A stretch of 64,000 nt of DNA from Mizuhopecten yessoensis (Eukaryota). The translations under genes were made by a program, and so were the position numbers. A model generated the notes under the pieces. The model was not told the DNA's origin and ran no database searches. It worked only from the letters and a program-made list of their open reading frames with translations. The stretch spans positions 983,570 through 1,047,569 of the forward strand of contig NW_018403789.1 in assembly GCF_002113885.1 (NCBI RefSeq), given 5' to 3'. Shown here piece by piece: positions 37,848 to 49,689 of this stretch. The first letter of the stretch is position 1. Each line of letters starts with the position of its first letter.

Positions 37848-38975
37848 TTAGCTCACCGGGTCCAAAGGACCAAGGTGAGCTTATGCCATACCGTGGCGTC
37901 CGTCGTCCGTCCGTCCGTCGTCCGTCGTCCGTCCGTCAACAATTTCTTTAAACGACTTCTTCTTCTTAAACACTTATTGGAATTTAACTAAATTTGACTG
38001 GAAGCATCCCTAGGTGGTGTGGATTCAAAATTGTACAAATGGTTGGGCTGACCCCCCAGGGGGCTGAGGGGCGGGGCAATAAGGGGGCAATTTGGCTATA
38101 TGCTTTAAGCGACTTCTTCTCTGGAACTAAGAGATAGATATCAACCATATTTGACTGGAAGCATCCCTAGGTGGTGGGGATTCAAAATTGTACAAATTGT
38201 GGGGCTGACCCCCCAGGGGGCTGAGGGCTGGGCCAAAAGGGGGCAATTTGGCTATATTGCCTTAAATGACTTCTTCCGTAAAACTATACCATGGATATTG
38301 ATCATATTTGGTCAGAAGCATTCATGGGAGGCAGGGATCCAAAATTGTACAAATGGTCGGGCTGACCCCCCGGGCTAAGGGGTGGGGTCTTTTTTTTTTT
38401 TACTTGAAAATAGTTGAGATCCCAACCATATAACCATATATACAATTGTTGAGTATAACGAGAGGAATGCACATTTGCTTCCAGGATGGCCCTAGGGTCT
38501 GGCCCCACCCTTGGAGACTTAACCCCTGGGTCATAACTTTGAAACGGTTAATATCCCCACCCCAAAACTATATATACAATTGTTGGGCATAAAGAGACGA
38601 ATGCAGTCATGATATTAGAATTGACCCAAGGGTCTGCCCCACCCTTGCAGACATAACCCCTGGGTCATAACTTTGAAACGGTTGAGATCCCCACCCCAAA
38701 ACTTAATATACAAATGCTGGGCAAAAAGAGACAAATGCAGTCATGATATTAGAATTGATCCTGGGGTCTGGCCACAACCCTAGGGACCTAGTTTCTGAGT
38801 CACAGCTTGGAAACAGTTGAGATCCCCACCCCATAACCTTACATAAAATTGCTGTGCATAAAAAAATGATTGGCCTTGAGGTCTGGCATATTCCGTTGGA
38901 TCTCATTTGGAGAATATTTTGCCATGATTGCTTAGATATCCAGGTGAGCGATACAGGCCCTCTGGGCCTCTTGTT
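37848..38975 (+). mobile_element. Non-autonomous Helentron-type (HINE / pearl-like) element
   Basis: 5' TT-AGCTCACC-hairpin-GGTGAGCT, (GTCC/GTC)n microsatellite, internal tandem cores of ~165 and ~120 bp, and 3' CAGGTGAGC plus hairpin AGGCCCTCTGGGCCT-CTTGTT. Inserted in a T-rich site of a ~39-bp repeat. Confidence 0.88.
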
Positions 38976-39254
38976 TCCTTTTAGTCACATACAGACGTAA
39001 AACATCAATTATTTCCTTTTAGTCACATACAGACGTAAAACGTCAATTATTTCCTTTTATTTGTTCATCAGCATATTATGATGAATTAGTATATAAGTTT
39101 TGTATTTATTCATTTCTCGGCGTCGGTGTTGCTAAATTTAATGTAAGATTCAACATTTGTGGATAAAAGGGCACGTTGAATTTTAGGAAAGATTTTAAAC
39201 TAGCAGGGGCACTGGGCAGATAGCGGTCGTCGCTGCACCCAGCATGTTGGGCCT

Positions 39255-42200
39255 GGGGACTTCCCTGCCGTTATGGGAGGACTACCCTGTCGTTATGGGG
39301 GGGCTACCCTGTCGTTATGGGGGGATTACCCTGTCGTTATGGGGGGACTACCCTGCCGTTATGGAGGGATTGCCCTGTCGTTATGGGGGGACTNGGGGGG
39401 ACTACCCTGTCGTTATGGGGGGACTACCCTGTCGTTATGGGGGGACTACCCTGTCGTTATGGGGGGACTACCCTGTAGTTATGGGGGGATTATCCTGTCG
39501 TTATGGGGGGACTCCCCTGTACTTATGGGGGAACTACCCTGTCGTTATGGGGGGACTATCCTGTCGTTATGGGGGGACTACCCTGTCGTTATGGAGGGAT
39601 TGCCCTGTCGTTATGGGGGGACTACCCTGTCGTTATAGGGGAACTACCCTGTCGTTATGGGGGCACTACCCTGTCGTTATGGGGGACTACCTTGTCGTTA
39701 TGGGGGGACTATCTTGTCGTTATTGGGGACTACCCTGTCGTTATGGGGGGACTACCCTGTCGTTATGGGGGGACNTTGTCGTTATGGGGTGACTATCCTG
39801 ACGTTATGGGGGGACTACCCTGTCGTTATGGGGGGACTACCCTGTCGTTATAGGGGAACTACCCTGTCGTTATGGGGGCACTACCCTGTCGTTATGGGGG
39901 ACTACCTTGTCGTTATGGGGGGACTATCTTGTCGTTATTGGGGACTACCCTGTCGTTATGGGGGGACTACCCTGTCGTTATGGGGGGACTACCCTGTCGT
40001 TATGGGGGGACTACCCTGTCGTTATGGGGGACTACCCTGTCGTTATGGGGGATTACCCTGTCGTTATGGGGGGGACTACCCTGTCGTTATGGGGGGACTA
40101 CCTTGTCGTAATGGGGGACTATCCTGTCGTTATGGGGGGATTACCCTGTCGTTATGGGGGGACTACCCTGTCGTTATTGGGGACTACCCTGTCGTTATGG
40201 GGACTACCCTGTCGTTATGGGGGGACTACCCTGTCGTTATAGGGGGACTACCCTGTCGTTATTGGGGCACTACCCTGTCGTTATGGGGGGACAACCCTGT
40301 CGTTATGGGGGGACTATCCTGTCGTTATGGGGGACTACCCTGTCGTTATGGGGGACTACCCTGTCGTTATGGGGGTCTACCCTGTCGTTATGGGGGGACT
40401 ACCCTGTCGTTATGGGAGGACTACCATGTCGTTATGGGGAACTACCCTGTCGTTATGAGGGGACTATCCTGTCGTTATGGGGGGACTACCATGTCGTTAT
40501 GGGGGGACTACCATGTCGTTATGGGGGGACTACCATGTCGTTATGGGGGGACTACCATGTCGTTATGGGGAAATACTCTGTCGTTATGGAGGGACTATCC
40601 TGTCGTTATGGGGGGACTACCTTGTCGTTATGGGGGGACTATCCTGTCGTTATGGGGGGACTACCAAGTCGTTATGGGGGGACTACCATGTCGTTATGGG
40701 GAAATACTCTGTCGTTATGGAGGGACTATCCTGTCGTTATGGGGGGACTACCTTGTCGTTATGGGGGGACTATCCTGTCGTTATGGGTGGACTACCCTGT
40801 CGTTATGGGGAAACTACCTTGTCGTTATGGGGGGACTATCCTGTCGTTATGGGGGGACTACCTTGTCGTTATGGGGGGACTATCATGTCGTTATGGGGGG
40901 ACTACCCTGCCGTTATGGGGGGAACTACCCTGTCGTTATGGGGGATATACCCTGTCATTATGGGGGGACTACCCTGTCGTTAACGGGGGACTACCCTGTC
41001 TACTCGTTATGGGGGAACTACCCTGTCGTTATAGGGGGACTACCCTGTCGTTATAGGGGGACTACCCTGTCGTTATAGGGGTACTACCCTGTCGTTATGG
41101 GGGAACTACCCTGTCGTTATGGGGGAAATTCCCTGTCGTTATGGGGAACTTCCTCGTCGTTATGGGGGGACTCCCTTGTCGTTATGGGGGGACTACTCTG
41201 TCGTTATGGGGGACTAACATGTCGTTATGGGGGACTCCCATGTCGTTATGGGGGACCACCCTGTCGTTATGGGGATCTACCCAGTCGTTATGGGGGGACT
41301 ACCCTGTCGGTTTGGGGGGGACTACCCTGTCGTTGTGGGGGACCTACCCTGTCGTTATAGGGGTACTACCCTGTCGTTATGGGGGGGACTATCCTGTCGT
41401 TGTGGGAGGACTACCCTGTCGGTATGGGGGGACTACCCTGTAGTTATGGGGGGATTATCCTGTCGTTATGGGGGACCTCCCCTGTCGTTATGGGGAACGA
41501 CCTCGTCGTTATGGGGGGACTCCCCTGTACTTATGGGGGAACTACCCTGTCGTTGTGGGGGACCTACCCTGTCGTTATGGGAGGACTTCCCTGTCGTTAT
41601 GGGGGGAGTACCCTGTCGTTATGGGGGTACTACCCTGTCGTTAGGGGGGAACTATCCTGTCGTTATGGGGGGCCTACCCTGTCGTGATGGGGGAACTTCC
41701 CGGTCGTTATGGGGGGACTACCATGTCCTTACCGGGCGAATACCATGTCGTTATGGGGGGACTACCATGTCCTTACCGGGCGAATACCATGTCGTTATGG
41801 GGGGCTACCTTGTCGTTATGGGGAACTACCCTGTCGTTATAGGGGGCCTCCCCTGTCGTTAGGGGGGGACTACCTTGTCGTTATGGCGGGACTACCCTGT
41901 CGTTACTGGGGAACTACCCTGTCGACTCGTTATGGGGGACTACCCTGGCGTTATGGGGGAACTACCCTATCGACTCGTTATGGGGGGACGACCCTGTCGT
42001 TGTGGGGGGACTATCCTGTCGGTATAGGGGGACTATCCTGTCATTATTGGGGAACTACCCTGTCGTTCCGGGGGGATTAACCTGTCGTTATGGGGGAACT
42101 TCCCTGTCGTTATGGGGGACTAACATGTCGTTATGGGGGACTCCCATGTCGTTATGGGGGACTACCTCGTCGTTATGGGGGGACTCCCTTGTCGTTATGG

Positions 42201-44098
42201 GGGGACTATCCTGCGGTTATGGGAGGACTACCCTGCCGTTATGGGGGGACTCCCCTGTACTTATGGGGGGACTACCCTGGCGTTATGGGGGGACTACCCT
42301 ATCGACTCGTTATGGGGGGCCTACCTTGTCGTTATGGGGGGACTAACCTGTCGTTATAGGGGTACTGCCCTGTCGTTATGGGGGAAATTCCCTGTCGTTA
42401 TGGGGAACGACCTCGTCGTTATGGGGGGACTCCCCTTTCGTTATGGGGGGACTTTCCTGTCGTTATGGGGGGAGTACCCTGTCGTTATGGGGGACCTACC
42501 CTGTCGTTATAGGGGAACTACCCTGTCGTTCCGGGGGGATTAACCTGTCGTTATGGGGGAACTACCCTGTCGTTATGGGGGGACTACCCTGTCGTTATGG
42601 GGGAAATACCCTGTCGTTATGGGGAACTACCTCGTCGTTATGGGGGGACTACCCTGTCGTTATGGGGGGACTATCCTGTCGTTATGGGAGGACTACCCTG
42701 TCGTTATGGGGGACTACCATGTCGTTATGGGGGACTACCCTGTCGTTATGGGGGGACTACCCTGTCGACTCGTTATGGGGGGACTACCCTGTCGACTCGT
42801 TAGGGGGGAACTACCCTGTCGTTATGGGGGGACTCCCCTGTCGTTAGGGGGGCCTACCCTGTCGTTATGGGGGAACTACCCTGTCGTTTTGGGGGACTAC
42901 ACTGTAGACTCGTTATGGGGGAACTACCCTGTCGTCATGGGGGGACTACCCTGTCGTTATGGGGGGATTACCCTGTCGTTATGGGGGGAACTACCCTGTC
43001 GACTCGTTATGGGGGGACTACCCTGTCGGTATGGGGGGACTACCCTGTCGTTATAGGGGGACTATCCTGTCGATATGGGGGTACTACCCTGTCGTTATGG
43101 GGGGACTGCCCTGTCGTTATGGGGGACTACCCTGTCGGCTCGTTATGGTGGAACTACCCTGTCGTTATGTGGGGACTACCCTGTCGTTATGGGGGAAATA
43201 CCCTGTCGTTACGGGGAACTACCTCGTCGTTATGGGGGGCCTACCCTGTCGTTATGGGGGACTACCCTGTCGTTATGGGGGAAATACCCTGTCGTTATGG
43301 GGGACTACCATGTCGTGATGGGGGACTACCCTGTCGTTATGGGGGACTACCCTGTCGACTTGATATGGGGGTACTACCCTGTCGTTATGGGGGACTATCA
43401 TGTCGTTATGGGGGGACTACCCTGCCGTTATGGGGGGACTACCTTGTCGTTATGGGGGGACTACCCTGTCGGTATGGGGGGACTATCCTGTCGTTATGGG
43501 GGGACTACCCTGGCGTTATGGGGGGACTACTCTGTCGTTATGGGGGGACTACCCTGCCGTTATGGGGGGACTACCTTGTCGTTATGGGGGGACTACCCTG
43601 TCGTTAGGGGGGGACTACCCTGTCGTTATGGGGGGAACTTCCCTGTCGTTATGTTGGGACTACCCTGTCGCTATGGGGGGGACTACCCTGTCGTTATGGG
43701 GGAACTTCCCTGTCGTTATGGGGAACTACCTCGTCGTTATGGGGGGACTACCCTGTCGTTATGGTGGACTACCCTGTCGTTATGGGGGACTACCATGTCG
43801 TGATGGGGGACTACCCTGTCGTTATGGGGGGACTCCCCTGTCGTTATGGGGGAACTACCCTGTCGTTATGTTGGGACTACCCTGTCGTTATGGGGGGGAC
43901 TACCCTGTCGTTATTGGGGGACTACCCTGTCGTTATGGGGGACTACCCTGTCGACTCGTTATGGTGGAACTACCCTGTCGTTATGTTGGGACTACCCTGT
44001 CGTTATGGGGGGAACTACCCTGTCGTTATGTTGGGACTACCCTGTCGTTATGGGGGGACTACCCTGTCGTTATGGGGGGACTACCCTGTCGTTATGGA
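39255..44098. repeat. G-rich 21-22-bp minisatellite, ~220 copies
   Basis: Unit TTATGGGGGGACTACCCTGTCG. It accounts for all the GGLPCRY/WGDYPVVM ORFs. Confidence 0.99.
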
Positions 44099-44186
44099 AA
44101 ATCTAGGTTAATTATTATTCGTCTCCGCTCTACTGTTTTTTTTATATAATATTTGTAACTGCAACTATTACTTTGTCTATCCATAG

Positions 44187-44315
44187 CGTATTTGTAGTGG
44201 AAACGGAAACTGTCGCTGTAACAGGTGTGTCTGTATCAACGGGTACATGGGACCCACGTGTAGTGAGGGTAGGGAGATCGTACCGAAACAATCCTCATCC
44301 AAGTCATTCATGTCG
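44187..44315 (+). CDS. Integrin-beta-like exon E (I-EGF4 plus linker): RICSGNGNCRCNRCVCINGYMGPTCSEGREIVPKQSSSKSFMS
   Basis: CCATAG acceptor and GTAAGT donor; phases 0/0. Confidence 0.92.
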
Positions 44316-44645
44316 GTAAGTTTTACCTTGAACGTAGCACTACGAAACATAAAACTACAGAGTCGTCAATATAATCAACATGGAAGTCCATCGTGAGCGA
44401 TGACGTAGTCAGTACGCCTGAGATGTGATCGTAGACCAAAAGCTTTTGCACAGATGACGCCACACTTTGGACGGGCGGCAACATATATGTATCTTATCAT
44501 TTGATTCCATAAAGAAATATATATTGTTGTTGATCAGCTTTCTGTTATTTCAGTTTAATCAAAAATAGCAAAACACCAAATATTATTTTGAATATATAGT
44601 CCAATCATACTCTGCTGACAAATTATTTCTGTTATAAATTTGCAG

Positions 44646-44778
44646 GATTTTACCGACGTGTGTAATTTATGGATACCGTGTGTTCTGTGTGTGGGTTTTA
44701 ATTCCGGTGAGAAAGATGTTGAAGAATGCGAAGAAGATTGCAGCATAAATAGAATTCACATGGTAGACGCATTGCCAG
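44646..44778 (+). CDS. Integrin-beta-like exon F (beta-tail, N-terminal half): DFTDVCNLWIPCVLCVGFNSGEKDVEECEEDCSINRIHMVDALP
   Basis: TTTGCAG acceptor and GTAAGC donor; phases 0/1. Beta-tail motif C.....CV.C..F..GE......C...C. Confidence 0.93.
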
Positions 44779-45564
44779 GTAAGCCAGTTTATGAACGAGG
44801 AATGTTGTGTTATCTTTTCAACAAGATTATGAACCAAATCTAGTGATGATTTACCCAGATTTAGTCACTGTATGATGCAGCGATAGCCTGGTTACGCGTA
44901 TCACTGAGAGTTTATATTAACACGCGCTAGAACGATACGTAAAGAAAGACAACTCCGTTGCATGCAGGTCAATGGGCGCATTATCTTTCCCTCTTCACTA
45001 ATAATAAAGAAGGTAGGGGGAGAGGGCGTTTGTCCACAGCAATTAAACAGCAAGTATAGGTGTAGTAATTTATAATTAATTTGCATATTCATCTTTAACA
45101 ATATTGTTTTTCACGCTTGAATTCAATTTTAAGATAATTGAACTGAATGTCAAATGCATATGTTCAGTTTAACGCGCAGTAGAGATTACCAGTCCATGGT
45201 AGGTCTTACTGAAAGCATTAATGTGATTTGCCTTCCTAAAATGTGTACAAATAAACTTGTTGATTCTTAAATTGCCTTGAAGGATTGATAGTGAAATATA
45301 AAATCGGCAGAAATGATTCGTCATTGTCTGAAATAGATTTCTGTCGAGGGTTAGAAATTCAAAGAATATTTCCCTCGAGACAGATAATGTTCTGCCATAG
45401 TTAACGTTGAATTACCGGTCAGAACGCCCTTTTCTGCAAGAGGACCTTTTATCTGTCTAGATGTTTACAAAATCATAGTTTACAATTCAAAGTGGTAAAC
45501 ATATGATGGTTGTGTCAGAAGTATTATGACTCCCATTTCATTTTCTTTCTTTTTTATGTTTCAG

Positions 45565-45678
45565 ACACACCAGACAACCGTGTTTGTCGACATAAAGATA
45601 CGGATCAGTGTATGGTCACATTCTCACACACCGACCAGTCATTTTACGCCATGTCCGTGTATGTTCAACAAACCAAAA
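45565..45678 (+). CDS. Integrin-beta-like exon G (beta-tail, C-terminal half): DTPDNRVCRHKDTDQCMVTFSHTDQSFYAMSVYVQQTK
   Basis: Long T tract with TTTCAG acceptor and GTAAGG donor; phases 1/1. Motif C..KD.D.C...F......V.V. Confidence 0.93.
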
Positions 45679-46274
45679 GTAAGGCTTACATTTTGTAAAA
45701 TTTCTTCGCGCATGCGCACTTCTGATCGCTCCAATTTATGTCATTCAACGGTTAGAAAAATCCGCATTATTTCAATTAGACAATATTAGTATTTTGATAA
45801 AAAAAAACAAAAAAAAAACCGTTGAATCCATCCTTCAAGAAACTGCTGATGAATACTGCAAAGTGCACATTAAAGAAATAAAGATAATACAGACATTTTA
45901 GCTTGAGGGTATTTTGTTTTTTCGTGTTTCTCGGAGTTTAAAGACCCAACATCGTACATATTAAGCAACCACAAAAGGCAGATTATTCTCTTAGATGAGA
46001 ATGTGATTTTTTTTTTATTATAATACAGAATTCCCTTCGCGTACCACTAATGAAGGGAGAGAACTCTAACAGAAGATAACTTGAAAACCCAAATGATTTT
46101 AGATTACAGAAAGAAAGCCCTTCGCGTACCACTATTGAAGGGAGACAACTCTGATAGTTGCTAATGTGAAAAAATCCATTAATTTTAAATCACAGAAAGC
46201 CCTCCGCTTACCACTAACGAAGGGAGAGAACTTTAATAGATAAGAATACATAAAAAACACATTTTTCTTTTCAG

Positions 46275-46456
46275 AATGCCCTCCGCCTACTCTTACCCCG
46301 GAGGCTGGAGTGATGAAAGCTAACCAGTTATCCGATGATACAAACAATGACGACGATGACACAAAAGACGGATCCAGTGGATCATCTAAAGTCTATTACA
46401 CTTGCAATCTGCTATACTTATTGTGCCTAATGTTCACGATATCTGTTCTGTCATGA
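46275..46456 (+). CDS. Integrin-beta-like terminal exon H: KCPPPTLTPEAGVMKANQLSDDTNNDDDDTKDGSSGSSKVYYTCNLLYLLCLMFTISVLS* (GPI-signal-like end)
   Basis: TTTTCAG acceptor, phase 1. Supplies the final beta-tail CP, then a polar linker, small residues, a 15-aa hydrophobic end and TGA at 46454-46456. Confidence 0.88.
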
Positions 46457-46710
46457 TACATTTTCATGATTTTATACTCAGAAAAGATTTCATTAAAAGG
46501 AGTGGATTGTGTGTATCTGTTTACACACGATGCATTAGAAATGTTAGTACTGCCAACTATGATATTGTATGGTGAGACGAACTGGAAACTTCTTTCAGAA
46601 TGCTCATCATTATAAATTATTTAAATTTTTGAAATTGGTTTTGCTAGCTAGAACAGATGTAATGTGTGTGTCGTTTTACAATGATATGGTTAAGCTTGCA
46701 CAGTGTTGGT

Positions 46711-46906
46711 AAGTCCGAATTATTCTGACGTTTTGTCGACTTTTTTCATATCGGTCTGTCGTCGATTAATGTCAGAACTCCGGCCCTCTATAATATGCGG
46801 GAAATATGCGACCCGCGCTCGGAGCGCACTTCAAACTGATATTTTAGAAACAAATCGTCACTTTCACACAAAAAAAGTCGATAAAACGTCAAAATAATTC
46901 GGACTA
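46711..46906. mobile_element. MITE with ~35-bp TIRs and a 9-bp TSD (Mutator-like), in the probable 3' UTR
   Basis: AGTCCGAATTATTCTGACGTTTTGTCGACTTTTTT pairs with AAAAAAGTCGATAAAACGTCAAAATAATTCGGACT. TSD AGTGTTGGT at 46702-46710 and 46907-46915. Confidence 0.88.
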
Positions 46907-48558
46907 AGTGTTGGTATGGATAAAACATGATGATATAATAAGTGAAGATATTGGTGTCGTAAAACTTTTTAACTAAATTGGAAATTTTGAATACGAGAGT
47001 ACCAATAAAACAAAGAAATATATATAAACATCAGTATTGCAAACATCTTTTTGTGGGCCAAACAATCTTTCAAGTTGCAGAATTATAAGGGATGTATCAA
47101 AATATCCATACTTTCAATTTTTCCCTTTTATTTCAGTGTTTAACATGTCGCTTATAAATTCATACAATAATGAATATTAATCTTAAATCTTATAATTATT
47201 GGCTATTTATAAAGTAAATCTTTCATGTCAGAAATAGATAACGAAGGTTAGGTTATTTTTGTACAAAAGATAATTGAGGTGATGGATTAGTTTTATCATC
47301 GCCTATTAAAAGATAAATACTACCTAATTTGCTACACTAATTAGGCATGCTTAAGAATGTACATATTGTGTTTGTTGAAGAACAAGTTCTGTCAATAAAT
47401 CAATGCTTTCAGGTAAGGGCGGTAACTCATTTATTGTCTAACCTATTTGTATTTAAATAAGTATGAGGACCCCATTATCGTCACGTTTCAATTGTTTGTT
47501 AAGGATTAATAACAATTTTAAAGCGATACCACAACCGTTTTATAACGTTCTTTGTACGTATAGATTAAATGCTAGAAAGAAGAGTGTGTGTTGATTGGAT
47601 GTGCGGTTTATACCCGTACTACACTCTCTGTATTGGAAATATGTACATGATTTGCTGCTTTTGATAGGAAATATATAAATATATAAAAATATAAATTTAA
47701 TTAGGTTTTATTTCTTGACTGGTAAATCTGTTTGTGTATTACACTGTCTAATCCATACCCCGTTCGAACAGGTTTAACTCGATGTTGAATAGTTGACACT
47801 AATCGATATCGCATCAATTACATTAGGTAAGCGAACCCTGATAGATGGAGACCTTCCGTACCGGTAGTGTAAGTGGTCTGTAGTGGCCACACGGCACAGA
47901 TGTTACAGGTTTGACCACTATCAAAGTTAAAAAACGGTTTAAATAAATACGTTTACAAGAAGGTCAATAGCAAAACACATGTTAATGCTTAACTACAGAA
48001 GCTTTGTGAGAAAGGTTTATAGATAAATGAACGTTACCACATTAAAAAGCATGCATATATATAAAACGTTGATCCAATGATCAGGATCGTTAATCATTCA
48101 TACTTCTTTATTATTTTTTCTCCAATATTAAATAAAGCAATTGTTTTTCTTTGTATGATAAGTAAAGAAGTATAATCGTGAAATTAGAGAATATTATGCT
48201 GGACGAAATCTATGATATATACGGGGCGAGATTGACCTGTTTTCTATTCTTGGTGTACATTTACGTTGTTTTGGGATATATTTATATGTGATCATCATTG
48301 ATATGTGTAGTTATATATAGAGTTTGTATACCTTATAGAAACCGAGTATGTGTTGTAACTGGTACATGTTTTGTTGTTGTGATATATGGATGTTGAACAA
48401 ATAATTTCACAATATTTGACCATAATAACTTTGAACAATGTCATTTTTATGTATTACAATTTTTTCATTTTTTAAACAACTGTTTTATACAAATTCATAC
48501 ATCAACTTCAAAATTATATCATTAACACAGATAAACTTAAAAATGTTCCTAACTGTTT

Positions 48559-48564
48559 TTTATT
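48559..48564 (-). promoter_or_regulatory. Candidate poly(A) signal of the CYP4 gene
   Basis: AATAAA on the minus strand ~120 nt after the stop codon; the AT-rich context makes this weak. Confidence 0.35.
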
Positions 48565-48682
48565 TGTCTTTTTCCGGCTGTAACAGATGTTAACAAAATG
48601 ACCCCCCCCCCCCTTTTTTTTTAAACAACAACAATAAAAAAATTGTACATAGACGAATAATAATTACAATTGCATATTGATG

Positions 48683-48782
48683 TCATCGGTTCTCCAAGTA
48701 AACTTTGATTCCGTGCTCCGCCCTGAGTATCAGTTGGGTGAATGGGGTTGCTTCATGATTTGGATCAAACACAATCTTAAAT
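48683..48782 (-). CDS. CYP4: CYP4-family P450 terminal exon: (R)FKIVFDPNHEATPFTQLILRAEHGIKVYLENR*
   Basis: TTTTATAG acceptor, phase 2. CYP4 C-terminal motif LILR...GI...L. Confidence 0.93.
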
Positions 48783-49283
48783 CTATAAAAAGAAATACAT
48801 CAATATATAACAACAGAATAAGTAGCTTTTACCATAAAATATGAGTCATACTTTTTGTTTAGTTCTTAAGAAAAAGTAATACGTATCCTACATTTTATTC
48901 GATAACACATAATTTGGAAAGATTACATTTGCAAATATAATTTAATGTGGATAAAAAGCCATAAAAAAAACCAAAACTTGCAATTAATCAAATGCCAAAC
49001 TTGCAAAATCTGTGTTACAGGATTACTGACAGCATGGATACCATCAGTAGCAGATGACTTAATAATCTTTTTTATAGGAAGATTTCATTCACTGTACTAT
49101 CTATAATTTACTGAAAGAGAATGTTTTCATCATACCTAATATCTACAGCATAAATACTCAGAAACAACATATAGTATTGTTCGACAAATAATACATTAAA
49201 ACAGTATTGAAAAGAAGCAAAATCAACCAAAAAAGCCACTTGTTAAACATAACAAAAGGGGAGATAACCCGGTTTTATCTCAC

Positions 49284-49349
49284 CTTCGTATAACTCTTGA
49301 AATGACCACCTTCATTTCATTCATTGCAAAATTCTGGCCGATGCAATTT
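49284..49349 (-). CDS. CYP4: CYP4 exon with the heme-ligating Cys: (R)NCIGQNFAMNEMKVVISRVIR
   Basis: CCAG acceptor and GTGAGA donor; completes FSAGPRNCIG. Confidence 0.97.
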
Positions 49350-49689
49350 CTGGAATTTGAACATTATTTACATTATTGATTTGGGTTGATCAGGCTACAG
49401 CAGTGTGATTTACTCAAACAAAAAGAAATAATTAATCAATATTTATTTTTTACTTTTCTTCATTTACACTGCGAGGTTTGTGCACACCATTCTACATAAA
49501 CAAAACTTTTATTTTTATCAACCTGTTTAATATTTAATCAATTGTATTCTGTATTTAATAATGATCAATACATTAGTGCTCTTATAGCTAGGCTTTGTGT
49601 TAATTCTAATCAATATAAATATCACAACATTAACACACAAAGTCACCATCACAAAGATAGAAATGAGCTTCATTACGTAAGGCACATCT

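Noticed and set aside
39244-44149. Many long ORFs (up to 473 aa) of GGLPCRY/WGDYPVVM repeats
   Set aside because: They are translations of a 22-bp minisatellite open in all three frames, inside an intron, with no frame preservation.
44269-44274. Internal donor GTAGGG in exon E
   Set aside because: It would end in phase 1, incompatible with exon F (phase 0); the GTAAGT at 44316 is stronger and in phase.
46457-48680. Alternative exon encoding an integrin TM helix and NPxY tail
   Set aside because: By eye I found no open hydrophobic helix with WK/HDRRE/NPxY-like motifs before the CYP4 3' end.
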